From Rhynchobatus australiae (Eukaryota): a stretch of 63,852 nucleotides of DNA. The stretch is taken from positions 21,188,217 through 21,252,068 of the forward strand of contig JAUZTB010000074.1 of the NCBI GenBank assembly GCA_034780895.1, given 5' to 3'. Both the position numbers and the translations under genes were made by a program. Of the stretch, positions 36,962-49,890 are shown piece by piece (the stretch's first letter is position 1; each line of letters starts with the position of its first letter). Under the pieces are notes generated by a model, which had not been told where the DNA came from, did not search any database, and saw only the letters and a program-made list of their open reading frames with translations.

Positions 36962-38952
36962 AAAATGTCAAAAGTGTTCCATTAAGAATAAGATCATAGC
37001 AAAGCAAAACATTTCCATCGATGTTTATACTTCAATACATGACATGGAGACAAAGTAAACAGCTTACATACTTAAACAATAACCACATTAGTAATGCCTT
37101 GATTCTTTTTTTTTTGCTACAGCACTGATCTGCCTCTCTTCATGGGGTCAGACCACATTTGAAAACTTGGTAAAGAAAACAATATTTTGTAATGAGAGTG
37201 AAATATTTCTAAGAAATGGAGCTTGAGAAATAGAAATAATTGTCCAATTCAAAATCAGTACTGCTTGAACACAGACTAGATAAATTACACAAGAAGTTTC
37301 CACCTGAGTTAAGCAACTAGTCTTCTCCCACAAGTAAACTTCTCAGAGACCAAATGAGCTACAGTTTCAACATTGTTTGAATAAAATCCAAACACAAGTT
37401 CTGTGAGTGAAATCCTACGTGAATCCTGGCAGAGATGATTTTGAAAAAGTAATATCATGATATATCAGAGAAGATTCATGTTTTATCATCAATGGATTCT
37501 TAAAATAAAATATTGAGGTGGTCACTCAATATCAACAATAACTTTCTCAAATCTCTTGCTATTTACTGTTTCAAGCTNNNNNNNNNNNNNNNNNNNNNNN
37601 NNNNNNNNNNNNNNNNNNNNNNNNNNNNNNNNNNNNNNNNNNNNNNNNNNNNNNNNNNNNNNNNNNNNNNNNNNNNNNNNNNNNNNNNNNNNNNNNNNNN
37701 NNNNNNNNNNNNNNNNNNNNNNNNNNNNNNNNNNNNNNNNNNNNNNNNNNNNNNNNNNNNNNNNNNNNNNNNNNNNNNNNNNNNNNNNNNNNNNNNNNNN
37801 NNNNNNNNNNNNNNNNNNNNNNNNNNNNNNNNNNNNNNNNNNNNNNNNNNNNNNNNNNNNNNNNNNNNNNNNNNNNNNNNNNNNNNNNNNNNNNNNNNNN
37901 NNNNNNNNNNNNNNNNNNNNNNNNNNNNNNNNNNNNNNNNNNNNNNNNNNNNNNNNNNNNNNNNNNNNNNNNNNNNNNNNNNNNNNNNNNNNNNNNNNNN
38001 NNNNNNNNNNNNNNNNNNNNNNNNNNNNNNNNNNNNNNNNNNNNNNNNNNNNNNNNNNNNNNNNNNNNNNNNNNNNNNNNNNNNNNNNNNNNNNNNNNNN
38101 NCTTGCTATTTACTGTTTCAAGCTCCACAGAGAAACATCCCTACTCCCCAAGCATTTGACAATAATCCATTATTTGCTGAGAGTCAATGCAAAAATTCAA
38201 GATATGCTTAACTCTGGACCCTTAAGCAATGCAAAGGTATTTTTTCTTTTAAACACAAAAGCAGTGTAAACAGACACAGGAACTTGTCTCTTAGATTATT
38301 CTTCTTACAATGCACAACCTTTGATATCAAGGCTGAGACTGATAGATTTTTAGGGCTAACAGATGATGGGGCAGGTTCAAGAGGGCATGTGGGCTCCCCT
38401 CCTCACAGTTAAGATCATTTGTCAACTTCTGCTATTGTCACTTACCTTTTACTGATTTCTTGTAAATATTTTCCTGATCCAATTTTGTTCTCAGACTTTG
38501 CATTTATCATGGATAATTGTGGTTTTCTATCATGTTTTTCCTACATTTCAACATTCCAAAGTCCCTCACCGATTGTGAAAATCTCTGTATAAAAGCAAGC
38601 CTTTCTTTTCATTTAGCTGTTGTCCTCTTCTTTGTGGTTACAGCCTTCCTTTAGTTTCATGTATTTTTGCACTTCCTGTCAAGGACTTTATTTGTAGAGT
38701 GTAGTAAAACACCTCCCATTAATTTATCAAGTGCTTTTTCTGTTAAAATTTACTCTGAAACAAACACATTGACTGGTTTAAAATTTAATAGCCATTTTGG
38801 GAAAATAACAAATGATCAAAATAACAGATAAATAATCAGTTAATCTATGTTGTGCGATTATCTTTGAGGATCATTTTGACCTTGAAAATATCTCTTGCCA
38901 TCTTTAATGTATACTTGAATCCTCTACGCAAGGGGTCAAGCTTCCTTTATAC

Positions 38953-40070
38953 ACAAGAACATTCACCATTCAATAACATCAGAGTTGATCTCAACTCCAC
39001 TTTCCTGACTCTTCCCCATCAACATCCATTCCTCTGTTGACTAAAATGTGTACCATCCGATTCAAGGACTCAGCCTCCACACCAACCCAGGGTAGAATTC
39101 CAAAACATTCAGCACTCTGAGAGAAGAAACTCTGTCTATTCTCAGTTTTGAAGAGTGTTTGCATATTTTGAAACTGTGCCCCTAATTCTATATTCCTTAA
39201 CCCTATCATCCACACCCCAACCCCAAGAAAAAAAACATGCTCTCAGGTCCGTCCCGTCGAGCCCCTCGAAATGGTATACATCCCACTTCTTTCATCTTTC
39301 ATTCTTCTAACCTCCAATGAATAGACCCAATCTGCTTCCTTATCAGACAATCCTCTTATCTTGGGTATCAACCCAATCTTAGTGAACCTCCTCTAAACTA
39401 CCTCCAGATCAAGAATATCCCTCTGTAAATGAGATTCCAAGAGTGGTCTCAACAAAAGCCATTCACAGTAAGGCTTTTCTACTTTTGCGTTCAATCCCCC
39501 TTGCAATAAAAACTACCATTCATTTGTCTTTTTAATTCTAGCAGCACCTTCATGTTTCTTGTGCAAGGACACCCAGGTAGGTCTGCACAGCAGCATTCTG
39601 TAAACTCTCATTATTTGACTAATACTCTATTCTTCCAACCAAAATGGGTAACTTCATGTTTCCACACATTATATCCCCTCTGTCACATTGTTATCTGTTC
39701 CCTTAACCTTTCTATTTCCCTTTGCAGGCTCTTTGCATCATCTTCACAACTGACTTTCCCACCTATCTTTGCCTAGCCAGAAAAACTTGGCTCCAATACA
39801 CTTGATTCCTTCATTTAAGTCATGAGTGCAGATTGTAAATAGTTGAGGGTCCAACACTGATCCCTGCAGCACTCACTATCTTACAGCTTGTCAACCTAAA
39901 AATGGCCCATTTATCCCAATAGTTTTGTTTTCCTATTAGCTGGTCAGTCCTCTTTCCAAGCTAATATATTACCCCATATCCATGATCTCTTACCTTGCCA
40001 GCATCCTTTTTTGGGGAATCTTATCAGATGCTTTTTGAAAATCTAAGTACACTCCTTCCAACTTGTTCAA
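38953..40070 (-). mobile_element. Old CR1 LINE fragment
   Basis: Reverse-complement CR1 3' UTR and RT (CAGGGATCAGTGTTGGACC, TACTTAGATTTTCAAAAAGCATCTGATAAG). Confidence 0.75.
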
Positions 40071-40746
40071 CTTCTCTGAATTATCAGCATTTGTCCATGC
40101 TGAGTCAGGACATATGTTCTGAAGCAAAGTTCATGAGGCTACTCATTTTTCATAAATACAATCAGTAGTGCTTCCTCCATTGCACACAGGGGCACCCAAA
40201 ACACACTGTCATTTCTCCTGAACACATTTCACATGCATGACGAACTTCAAAGAAAAACCAGGCTTTTTGAACTCACTGCTCAGATATTTCACTGACTATA
40301 TTGCACACTCTGAAGTTGGACTACTGAATGCTTCCATTTATTCCAGGTCAATGGTTCATTAACTGACTGAGAAGTATTGAAGTATTAAAGGAGCATTACT
40401 ACAACATGCATTATTGGCTGGGTATTCATGTTGAGTAATAAAATCATTTCAACAACATTATGAATCCAATCCTGTAAAAAGGTCTCAAGTAGTCACAAAA
40501 AGGTGCTTTTTCAACAAAGTAGTAAAATATTTCAAGGTAATATTTTACTTTGTATTAAAAATTCTGTATTTTCTAGTAATTGAACAAGTTGGCCATAACA
40601 ATATAGTAAAGCAGCCACTTGTTTTTTTGCAAGTTCACAAAACACTTAAACACAAAGATTCTCTGAACTGCTCACTGCTTCACCTTGTCTCTTTAGGTTG
40701 TGTGGTGAAAACTTCATCTTGCCCACAGTTACTATGATGCAGGACC

Positions 40747-40948
40747 CATCCCAAAGACGTGTGGGTTGGAAGGTTGACTGGCCACTGTAAATTGTCCCTA
40801 CTGCGTAGATGAGTGGTAGATATTGTGCGTAGTTGATGGGAATGTGGGAATAATAAAGAATGGGATTAGAATAGGATTAGTATAGAGTCAGTGCGGGCTC
40901 AGTGGGCTGAAGGGTCTGTTTCCATGCTGTATCACTCTATGACTCTAT
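40747..40948 (+). mobile_element. 5'-truncated HE1 V-SINE
   Basis: CATCCCAAAGACGTG...CTCTATGACTCTAT. Confidence 0.8.
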
Positions 40949-43691
40949 GAAAATTGCCATCTGCAATTCAAATTATGATCAGGTTGAAGAAATCTTGGCA
41001 AATGTTAAATAAAGACAGAAAATCTGGAAATACTCTGCAAGTCAGGCAGCATCCGTGAAAAGAGAAACAGAGTTAATATTTCATATCGTCAGAACTGGGA
41101 AAGTGATAAAAATTGCAGAGGGAGTGGATTAGGGATGGGTAGGACGTTGGGAATATCTCTAATGGGGCAAGGCCAGGGTTGCCGTGGTGATGCTTTTGTC
41201 AACAAAACCAGCAAAATGTTAATTTCTTTCAATTTATTATTGCCACAAGGTGATAGAGGAATCCATATCTTATGATGTCTTATGACATTGAAGGAGGCAA
41301 TTTGGCCATCATGTCAATGTTGGCCCTCAGAGCAATCCCATTAATCCTATGTCCCCAAATACTTCCCTCTAATCGACTCTCTCTCACATGTCCATCAAGT
41401 CCCTTCAGTTCTCCTATCACCCACCTACAATAGGGGTCATTTACAGATCCAGTTACCTAACTAGCCCAGTTTTATACTGCAGTGTTGAATTGTTCATTCA
41501 GACTCACATTCAACTCTGTTGTGCTCTGTACCTCCAGTAAAGATCACTACAAATCACTACACTACAGATCACTACAAAACCACCAGTGCTTTCCTTGTAT
41601 ATAAAAAGGGAAAACCTTTATTTCAATATATGCAACTTGTATCCATGCACTTCCTGTGAATGTTTCTCAGCAGTTCTGCATTTCTTGATCACCCAAGTAG
41701 TAATGATTCTTTTTTTGCCTCATAAGAGTTTTGCATTTTCTGTTTATTTGGATATTATAGAGAGTTCGTAGATACATTTTTACAAGGGACTGTGAACAGA
41801 CTACATTCAGCACCAATAATTTCATCTCTATGCACATGGTTGTATCTGAGATCTACCATGCTGTAAAACAAACATTGGAAGCATGATGCACACTGCCAGT
41901 AAATGGAAGACACACTACTTGAGCTTCACATTTTTTGAAAAGCTGATCACATAGTTTACTTGCAGTCCTTGAACAAGGAAACACTGGCAAGTCAAATGAC
42001 CAAAAGTAAACGAACTCTAAGATCTCTTCATCATGTGGAAATGCAAATCAGGTGTGGCGTATTCATGTCAATAAAACAGAGTAGAGTGAGAAGAATCCTG
42101 GCAGCTGTGACATAGTGCTGGGGTGTCAATTATTTTAAAGACAGGTCACACATTTTATATCCAACTCTTATTAATTTTTCACTGCATGTGGCGATTTGGA
42201 GTCAAATTAAGTGGTAGATAGTGACAGGCATTGTTGCTTGCACCTTACAGATTAGAATTCCAACCATTGGTTTAAAAGAAAGAAGAGGAAAAAAATCTGT
42301 AAAGAGAACAGTTAGAAAGCTGCTTGCTACTTAGTTGTCTTTCCCTGGTATAATCCAATGCCTTGCCACATGCAGCTATTGAAACATTTTCAAACATGCC
42401 ATTTTTTTTTGATTATTCCATCCATCAGAGATGTAAGGAAACCGTGGGGGGAGAAAGCTCAAACACTCCTCCAATCCTCACTAAATATAGAAATCATCAC
42501 TTGTTAAGTGTGTAACATGTACAGCAGCAATAATGTTTGTACCAATCTAAAATTATTACTTGTACATAAGCTGATGTGGGCAATGAATCAAATTTATTTT
42601 TCGTGATTGATGATTAATTATTGTAACCCACTTTCATGTTCTCTGATGTTACTCTATAAGCCCCCTGGACAAACCTGTCACAGGGTTTGTCAAGCCTCCA
42701 TTCTTACATCAAAGAGTTGGAGCAAGCTCTGTGCACTGGGAGCCCAGAACAGGCTTCTGCCAAACCAGGTGGATTGTCTGTGAGCTATGGGCTTTTCAGC
42801 TGCCAAGTGACAGCTCCCATCAACAGCATCCTAATGAAGGGGCGAGAAAAAGGGATCTAATCATGCTGTGCTACTAACTTCTGCAAGTTTATTACACACA
42901 TTATCACTGTAAAAAGGTCCTTAATCTGTTCAACTACCTGCATATATTAATACATTAGAGTACCAAGATTTAATTACAATTTAGGGGTACAGCAATATTT
43001 CTGTATTGTAATTAAGCTACAATGCCTAAGTGATTTAGAAAGAATTGTGCATTCTCCTATTAGTCAAGATTGGGGATTAGTGATGAAGAAAGCATATTTT
43101 TTGCCTTTGAAAATGCAAACATTTATAAAGTGTTTGTAAGATTAGGTACACACATTGAGGTACAGTTTGCAGTTCAGATTTATTCAGCACAGTAAAGGCT
43201 TGGGGAAGGGAGAAGGGATAGATTAGGGAAAATATGGAAGGCTAGTCCAAAGCTCTTGCTCAATGCTCCCTTCATCTAGCTCCTAACTTTCCCAATCTGC
43301 TTAACCCTTTGCAGCAGTATAGTTTTGGATGAAGGCAACAAAGCACAGAGCCAAAAATTATTTTGCTTTAGAAATACATACAAGTTTTGGTCTTAGTGGT
43401 ATAACAAAGATCACATTAAGCAGTTCCGTGTCGCTAATACTTTTATTAGCCCATTTGCAAACTCAGAATCCACTATAAATTTAAAGCGAACTATTTAATA
43501 CAATTTCACTAGAAACTTAAACAGACCAACTGCTTAAGTTCTATAGCAATGGGAGCAGGTCAGAGATGAGATTTTCTGTGGTGAGTTTCTGTCGGACTCC
43601 AAAATTTTTCCTCCATCCATAAAACATGTTAGAATAGGATGGAGTGCTTCCAGATTTGCCCAGATAACTGCAACTCCAACAACATTCCCTG

Positions 43692-44371
43692 AGAGTGGAG
43701 TCACAGGTAGACAGGGTGGTGAAGACAACTTTTGGCAGGCTGGCCTTCATCAGTCAGGGCATTAAGCATAGAAGTTGGGAGGAAATGTTGCAGTTGTACA
43801 AGACACTGGTGAGGCTGCACTTGGAGTATTGTGTTCAGTTTTGGTCACCCTGCTATAGAAAAAATATTATTAAACTGGAAAGAGTAAAGAAAAGATTTAC
43901 AAGGACTTTGCCAGGAATCGAGGGACTGAGTTATAGGAAGAGGTTGGACAAGCTAGGACTTTTTTCCTTGAAGTGTAGGAGACTAAGAGGTGATCTTGAA
44001 GAAGTGTATAAAATCATGAAGGGCATCGATGGTGTGAATGCACTCAGTCTTCTTCCCAGGATTGGGGAATCAAGAACTAGGGGGCATAGGTTTAAGGTGA
44101 AAGGGGAAAGATTTACTAGGAATATGAGGGGCAACTTTTTTCTTTTTTTACACAGAGGGTGGTCTGTATATGGAATGAACTGCCAGAAGAAGTTGAGGCA
44201 GGTACAATAACAACCTTTAAAAAACAATTGGACAGGTACATGGATAGGAAAGGTTTTGAAGGTTATGGGCCAAACACAGGCAGGTGGGACTAGCTTGGAT
44301 GGAGCACCATGGCCGGCCTGGACCAGTTGGGCCCTAGGACCTGATTCCATGTTGTATGACTCTATGACTCT
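43692..44371 (+). mobile_element. CR1 LINE 3' fragment (relatively young)
   Basis: 171-aa ORF with LVRLHLEYCVQFWSP...TRGHRFKV; (TGACTCTA)n tail. Confidence 0.93.
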
Positions 44372-44589
44372 AATATTCAAAGTCAACATCATTCAGAGCA
44401 AGACAGTTTGCTTGTTCAGCACCCTACCCTCCATCCTAGACAATGACTCCTTCTATCAATTTGCTCAGTGCAGCTACGGTATATCCCGTCCTCAAGGTGA
44501 ACTTAAGCAGCTCACCAAAGCTCCTTTGACAGCACCTTCCAAATCTCAGACCCATAGAATCAATGGTGTCTCAACTGTTAAGTTAATGG

Positions 44590-44914
44590 TTTAGGCCTGA
44601 ACTAACATTCCAGACAGCCATGTTCAAATTAAATTCAGCTAATAATTTGGAATTTAGAAGAAAAATAAACCAGTAATGGTGATCAAACAATAAAATCACT
44701 GGCTTGTCTTAAAAACCTATCTAGTCCCTTAATGCCCTTTAAGGGAGGAAATTTGTCACATTTATCCAGTCTGACAATACACAACTCCAAGTGCAGCTGT
44801 CTCTTTGAACAAGCCTCACAAACCATTCACTTGCCATTGGCAGTTAGGGGTGAACAACAAATGCTGGCCTTCCTAACGATGTGCAGCTCCTGAAAAAATG
44901 AATAAATAAAAAAA
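44590..44914 (+). mobile_element. Old SINE-like repeat
   Basis: AAAAACCTATCTAGTCCCTTAATGCCCTTTAAGGGAGGAAAT core; ATGAATAAATAAAAAA tail. Confidence 0.55.
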
Positions 44915-47900
44915 CATGCACACTGGAAAACCCCTTCTGCAGGTTCCCTGACAAGTCATGCACTCTCCTGACTTAAAAATAAATCAGTGTTCCTTCATCA
45001 CCACCGAGTCTGATCCTACTGTGTCGAATTTGACGGTGGGAATCTGGTTCAACAAGGTGGCTCACTATTATTTCACCGATATCTGGGGTGAGAAATTACT
45101 GGAGGCTTTGTTGAACTTACAGGTTGATTTTCAAATCAATCTTTTGTGGAATACGTAAAAATATAATGCAATGATTGAATCCTTAGCACCAAGAGTTCTC
45201 ATCCAATCTGTCATTGGTTCTAGGGATAGTGCTGGTTCTCAGTTGATTTAATTTAAACACTGCAACAGTAAAACCCATCAGTGTATGAATGTGTTTACAT
45301 TGAACTTTTCACATCCTCTGTTGACCCCCAAAGTGGCTCCTACCCACAGGATTAGCTTGAAATGGAAGCAATGTACGAATAAATTTGGAGCTCAGCACAG
45401 TCTCACNNNNNNNNNNNNNNNNNNNNNNNNNNNNNNNNNNNNNNNNNNNNNNNNNNNNNNNNNNNNNNNNNNNNNNNNNNNNNNNNNNNNNNNNNNNNNN
45501 NNNNNNTAAATTTGGAGCTCAGCACAGTCTCACAATCAGCTGTGGGTTAGGATTAGGGTTAGGGTGAATAGTTGATCACTTTGGTGGTGTTAGTTCAGTG
45601 ATGATCCTCAGCTGGAACACGGGGAGAAACTACCTGCTCCACTTTGAAAAATTGCCACAGATCTTTCACTTCAGTCTGCATGGACAAATGAGAAATTTGA
45701 TTGCTTAGCACTGCTTATTTTGAGATAAGCAATCGATGGAATGAAATGCAATAGAAATTATTTCCGGTTTATTGTTGCCACTCTGGAAATTGGCTATTGG
45801 GCAGGAGTTGCACTGCTTCAGTGTCAGATGCACATCAAATCACGTCATTCTGCAAAAAATTCTCCTTCATGAAGCATTACCAGATAATTAGTCCATGTTG
45901 TTCTGGGAGTGACCGTCAGTGATCACTCCTGGGACAACTGTATGTTTAATTGGCAATGCCAGAGCAGGACCATGTTTACCTTCTATCCTTTGGCACCACC
46001 CACCCCATGGTACCAAGCTACCAACACTGGTCCAGGTCTCCCCTGCTCCCATCACAGCAGGCAATTGCCTGAGCCTCTGATCAATCCTAATACCATGCTC
46101 ACCCCAACATCCTCCCCCCCCCTCCAAAATCCCTGATACTTAACCAAGCCATCTAAAGATCGGTGGCCTCAACCTTCAATCCTACCACCGCTCCCACTCT
46201 CAGCTACCCAACCACCTACCCGAACCTTATCCCCAACACCCTCCTCACCCCCATCTTGTGCCAATTCTGATCCCTTATCTTAATAAAATAATTAATTGAA
46301 ATGCTGTCACTTAGATGAACTCAGTAATAGTAATTAATTTCCTAATTAAGTTGAGACAGTGTAAATGCTCAGTTTTTGTTTTTGATTTATTAGTGGTTCC
46401 CGGGCATCTCACTCCTTGGTTACAGTGTATGTAATTAGTCAAATTAACTCCTAAATGGAATGTAATTGCCGTAAGTGGTAGCTTAACGGGAACTAGGATT
46501 CCGATCTAAACTAGGTGCATACATAATCACAATTCAGACCTAGAGGGTCCAATTTTAAAGGAGATTTATGGCCTGCAGTAGCCTCAAAACAAAGCAGTGA
46601 ACCTAAGTTCTGCCTATCCTGGCCATTCCACCACTCTTTCTGAGTCATATAGTTACACAACACAGAATCTGGCCCTTTGGCCCACTCTCGAGTACCCATT
46701 TATACTAATCACATTTTCCAGCACTGAAGGAGCAGGAATTCAGGGGCAGGAAGATATGGTTTAGTCAGGGTAAGAGAGCTGGTGTGTATTCCTAAGAGGA
46801 GGAAAGTCTGCTGGAACACCAGGTTCAAGATCAAGTGTTCAAACCTCTGGACCTTTCCAGCCCATGTCACCTCTTCTGGCAATAATACTCAACTCACTGA
46901 ACTCTTGGACTTGAGTACACTTGGGTGGTGATAATGCTCTTGGTTCCAGTTTGCAATTTCAGCCAGATCCCACTGTCCTACTGACCTACTCAAAAGAACA
47001 GGTTAATAGGGCATGACAGAAAAGCAGTGGGATCAGAACAGAGTAAGTTGCTGCCCTGATTTTAACTGTCCCTTTGCCCAGTTTACCCCATGCAGGAGAA
47101 GTTAAAGTCAGGAATAATGCTTCCACTAAAGATACCTGGATTAATGCAGTGGATGTTAGACACACCTAAGTATCGGGGATCAGCTGTGTGAAAGCAATTC
47201 CTTCAAGTGCAATTTGACATGGATTGGCAGCCCATTATTATTCCTAACCTGTGAAGCACCACCTTCAACTTATAATTTAACAGGATCAGATCTCATATAA
47301 AGACATCATTTGGAGCACCGTGTCAAGGTAAAATGTGCAGGAAGCATGAAGATCCTTTACGCCTAACTTTTAATTTGCAAATTAGAGGGAAATAATCCAA
47401 ACTGAGATGCATAATTAGAGGGTTTTAGTTTCATCAAGTATGAGAGGGACTATAACATTGCTAAATTCCTCAAAACAACTGCTGCAGTGTATAGTATGAG
47501 TTGATATATTACAAATGATTTTGCAAATGCATCTTGGGAGCTAGAAACTGGGAGTCTACATATTCCATATACCTTACAACATGCAAGGAGGTCATTTCAG
47601 GCCATCAAGTCTTTGTCCATTCCATTATTAATACTCCCTGCAAATTATTCTCCCTTCACTCCCATCAAATCTCATTAGATTCTACAACTCACCTACACAC
47701 TAGGGAGAATTTACAGCAGGCAATTAATGTGCCAGTAATTCGCCAACACTGCTGGAATCTCCTGGAAGACCTCCAGATCTGTGGTCCCTCTTGTCTGGTC
47801 CAATTTCTAGTTGACTCTTCTTCTCCCATAGTGAGGAAAGTCTTCTTTGATTGCACTGCACCAGCCACCATTGGCTGAGGACCTCAAATATATGAAGAAC

Positions 47901-48342
47901 ACTATTCCTAGCCATTTGGCACAGAGAAAGAACCTTCTAGTTAAATCTTTTCGTTTAATCACTCACATGTATCATTAAAGGTGAGACAATGGGTTAAGAT
48001 TGGGGCCACAACAAAATGGCTGAAGCCAATGACTACTTGGCCCTGGCCAGTTTATAGGGTTAGATCGGGAAAACTCCAGACATGAGCAGAGGTGAGTAAC
48101 AGGCTGCTGAGGTACACCCAATTTGCACTGATGATCAATCCTTTAGTTCTAATGCATGGCAGCACTTGTCATCAGCAAATCCAGTAATTTGCAACATTCG
48201 TGTGAGGAGATAAAAATCACAGAGCAAAATTAATTCTATTGCTAGAAATATTGTACTTTTTTGTATTTTGCATGATATTCAGTGTACAGCAAGCCAACAT
48301 AAAAGCGTGGCAGAATAATCATTAAACATTGACTTCATAAAA

Positions 48343-48757
48343 AAAAGACCTGCATATGTACTGCCCCTTCCATAAGCTCTAGCCATCTCACAGCTCTACA
48401 ACCAACGAAGTACTTTTATTCAAAGTGCAGTCACTGTTGGAATGTAGGATTCACAACAGCCAGTTCGCACACAGCAAAATCCTATAAATATCAACGTGAC
48501 TATGACTGGCTAATCTATTTTAGTAATACTGATTGAAGGATAATTATTGGTCGGGGCTGTTCTTTTTCGAATCACTTCCATGGAACCTTTTACCTCCACC
48601 AAAGGGAGCTTGCAGGCTTTCAATTTTGTCCACCATGCAGAAGACACCATCACCAGCAATATGACATTCTCCTGGATTGGTCTTGGAGCTTCAGCCTGGA
48701 TTTTGTTCTATAATCCCTGACAAGAATCTTGAATCTACAACCTCCTGACTGAGAAGT
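48343..48757 (-). mobile_element. SacSINE1-like DeuSINE
   Basis: Reverse complement shows tRNA-like head, Deu-domain-like centre and L2-type tail ending TGCAGGTCTTTT. Confidence 0.65.
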
Positions 48758-49567
48758 TGACTTCATTTGGTTCAACACACAAGTAAGAATGTAATGCAAA
48801 TAACTGTATTCCTGCTTAAGTCAGTGATACATATCACTAAGCAATAAAAACTCAAAAATAATTGTTAGCACACGATTTAATTGGAAAAAGGACCATCTGC
48901 TGCTCATATGTGTTCAACCTATCTGAGAAAGGGTAAAGTCTTATTTATGGCAACCACCAAGAGCCACAAGTGTTTCCTATCCAATAAACATCCCATAGGC
49001 TGACATATTTTAATGCAATAAATTTGATGTGGTGGTACTTTGTGAAATATTTAGACCCACCAGAACATGGAACAGTACAGCACTGGACACCATGTTGGCT
49101 GAATGGCCTGCCCACCATGTTGTGCTGGTCTCGATGCCAAATTATACCAAATGTCCTCCTCCTGTGCATCATCCATATCCCTCCATTCCCTTCATATTCA
49201 AGTGACTATCTAAAAGCCTCTCAAACCCCACCAAACTGCCTAAGGATTTGAAATATGATTGATGTCAGCAGTATTACAAACAATGTGACTGAAGCATGGG
49301 ATCATCTTTTGTTTCTTCAGTCAGATGAGTTTTCAACAGAAAGTACTCAGGAAAGACATGGATATCAGATCGCTGATTAATTGATAGGCTGCACAATCAA
49401 TTTAGTGAAGCTCAACTGAGAACCTTTTAACAATGTCACAAGATGATCTTNNNNNNNNNNNNNNNNNNNNNNNNNNNNNNNNNNNNNNNNNNNNNNNNNN
49501 NNNNNNNNNNNNNNNNNNNNNNNNNNNNNNNNNNNNNNNNNNNNNNNNNNCTGGAATTGATTCTGTT

Positions 49568-49890
49568 TGGCACCGTGTTGCAGCTGGTAGTGCTGCAGCC
49601 ACACTGCTCTAGCAAGTGTGACCTCAGGCGTCCTCTGTGTGGTGTTTGCAGGTTCTCCCTGTGACTGCCTGGGGTTCCTCCTGCTTGCTCTGGTTTCCTT
49701 CCGCAATCCAAAGATGTGCTGGTTGGTTACTTGGCCCTCATGAAGGCGGATGGCAGGACAATCAGGGGGTCAGGTTGATGGCTATGAGAGAATACGTCAC
49801 AAGGAAAATAAGTAGGAGAATGGGATAGATTGGAATGGTCTGGGAGCCGATATAGATTTGATGGGCTGAATGGTCTCCTTTATGTCGTAA
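49568..49890 (+). mobile_element. HE1-like V-SINE
   Basis: V-domain GGTTCTCCCTGTGACTGC...; GGGCTGAATGG tail. Confidence 0.75.

Noticed and set aside
37554-38124. Direct repeats flanking gaps (also 45379/45507 and 2826/2950)
   Set aside because: Probably scaffolding overlaps; cannot be distinguished from TSDs without the gap sequence
37513-38269. Long ORFs full of X (also at 6851, 19223, 31082, 34288, 35433)
   Set aside because: Artefacts of N gaps, which contain no stop codons
45543-45565. TTAGGG-like units
   Set aside because: Only about three imperfect units; too short to call an interstitial telomere
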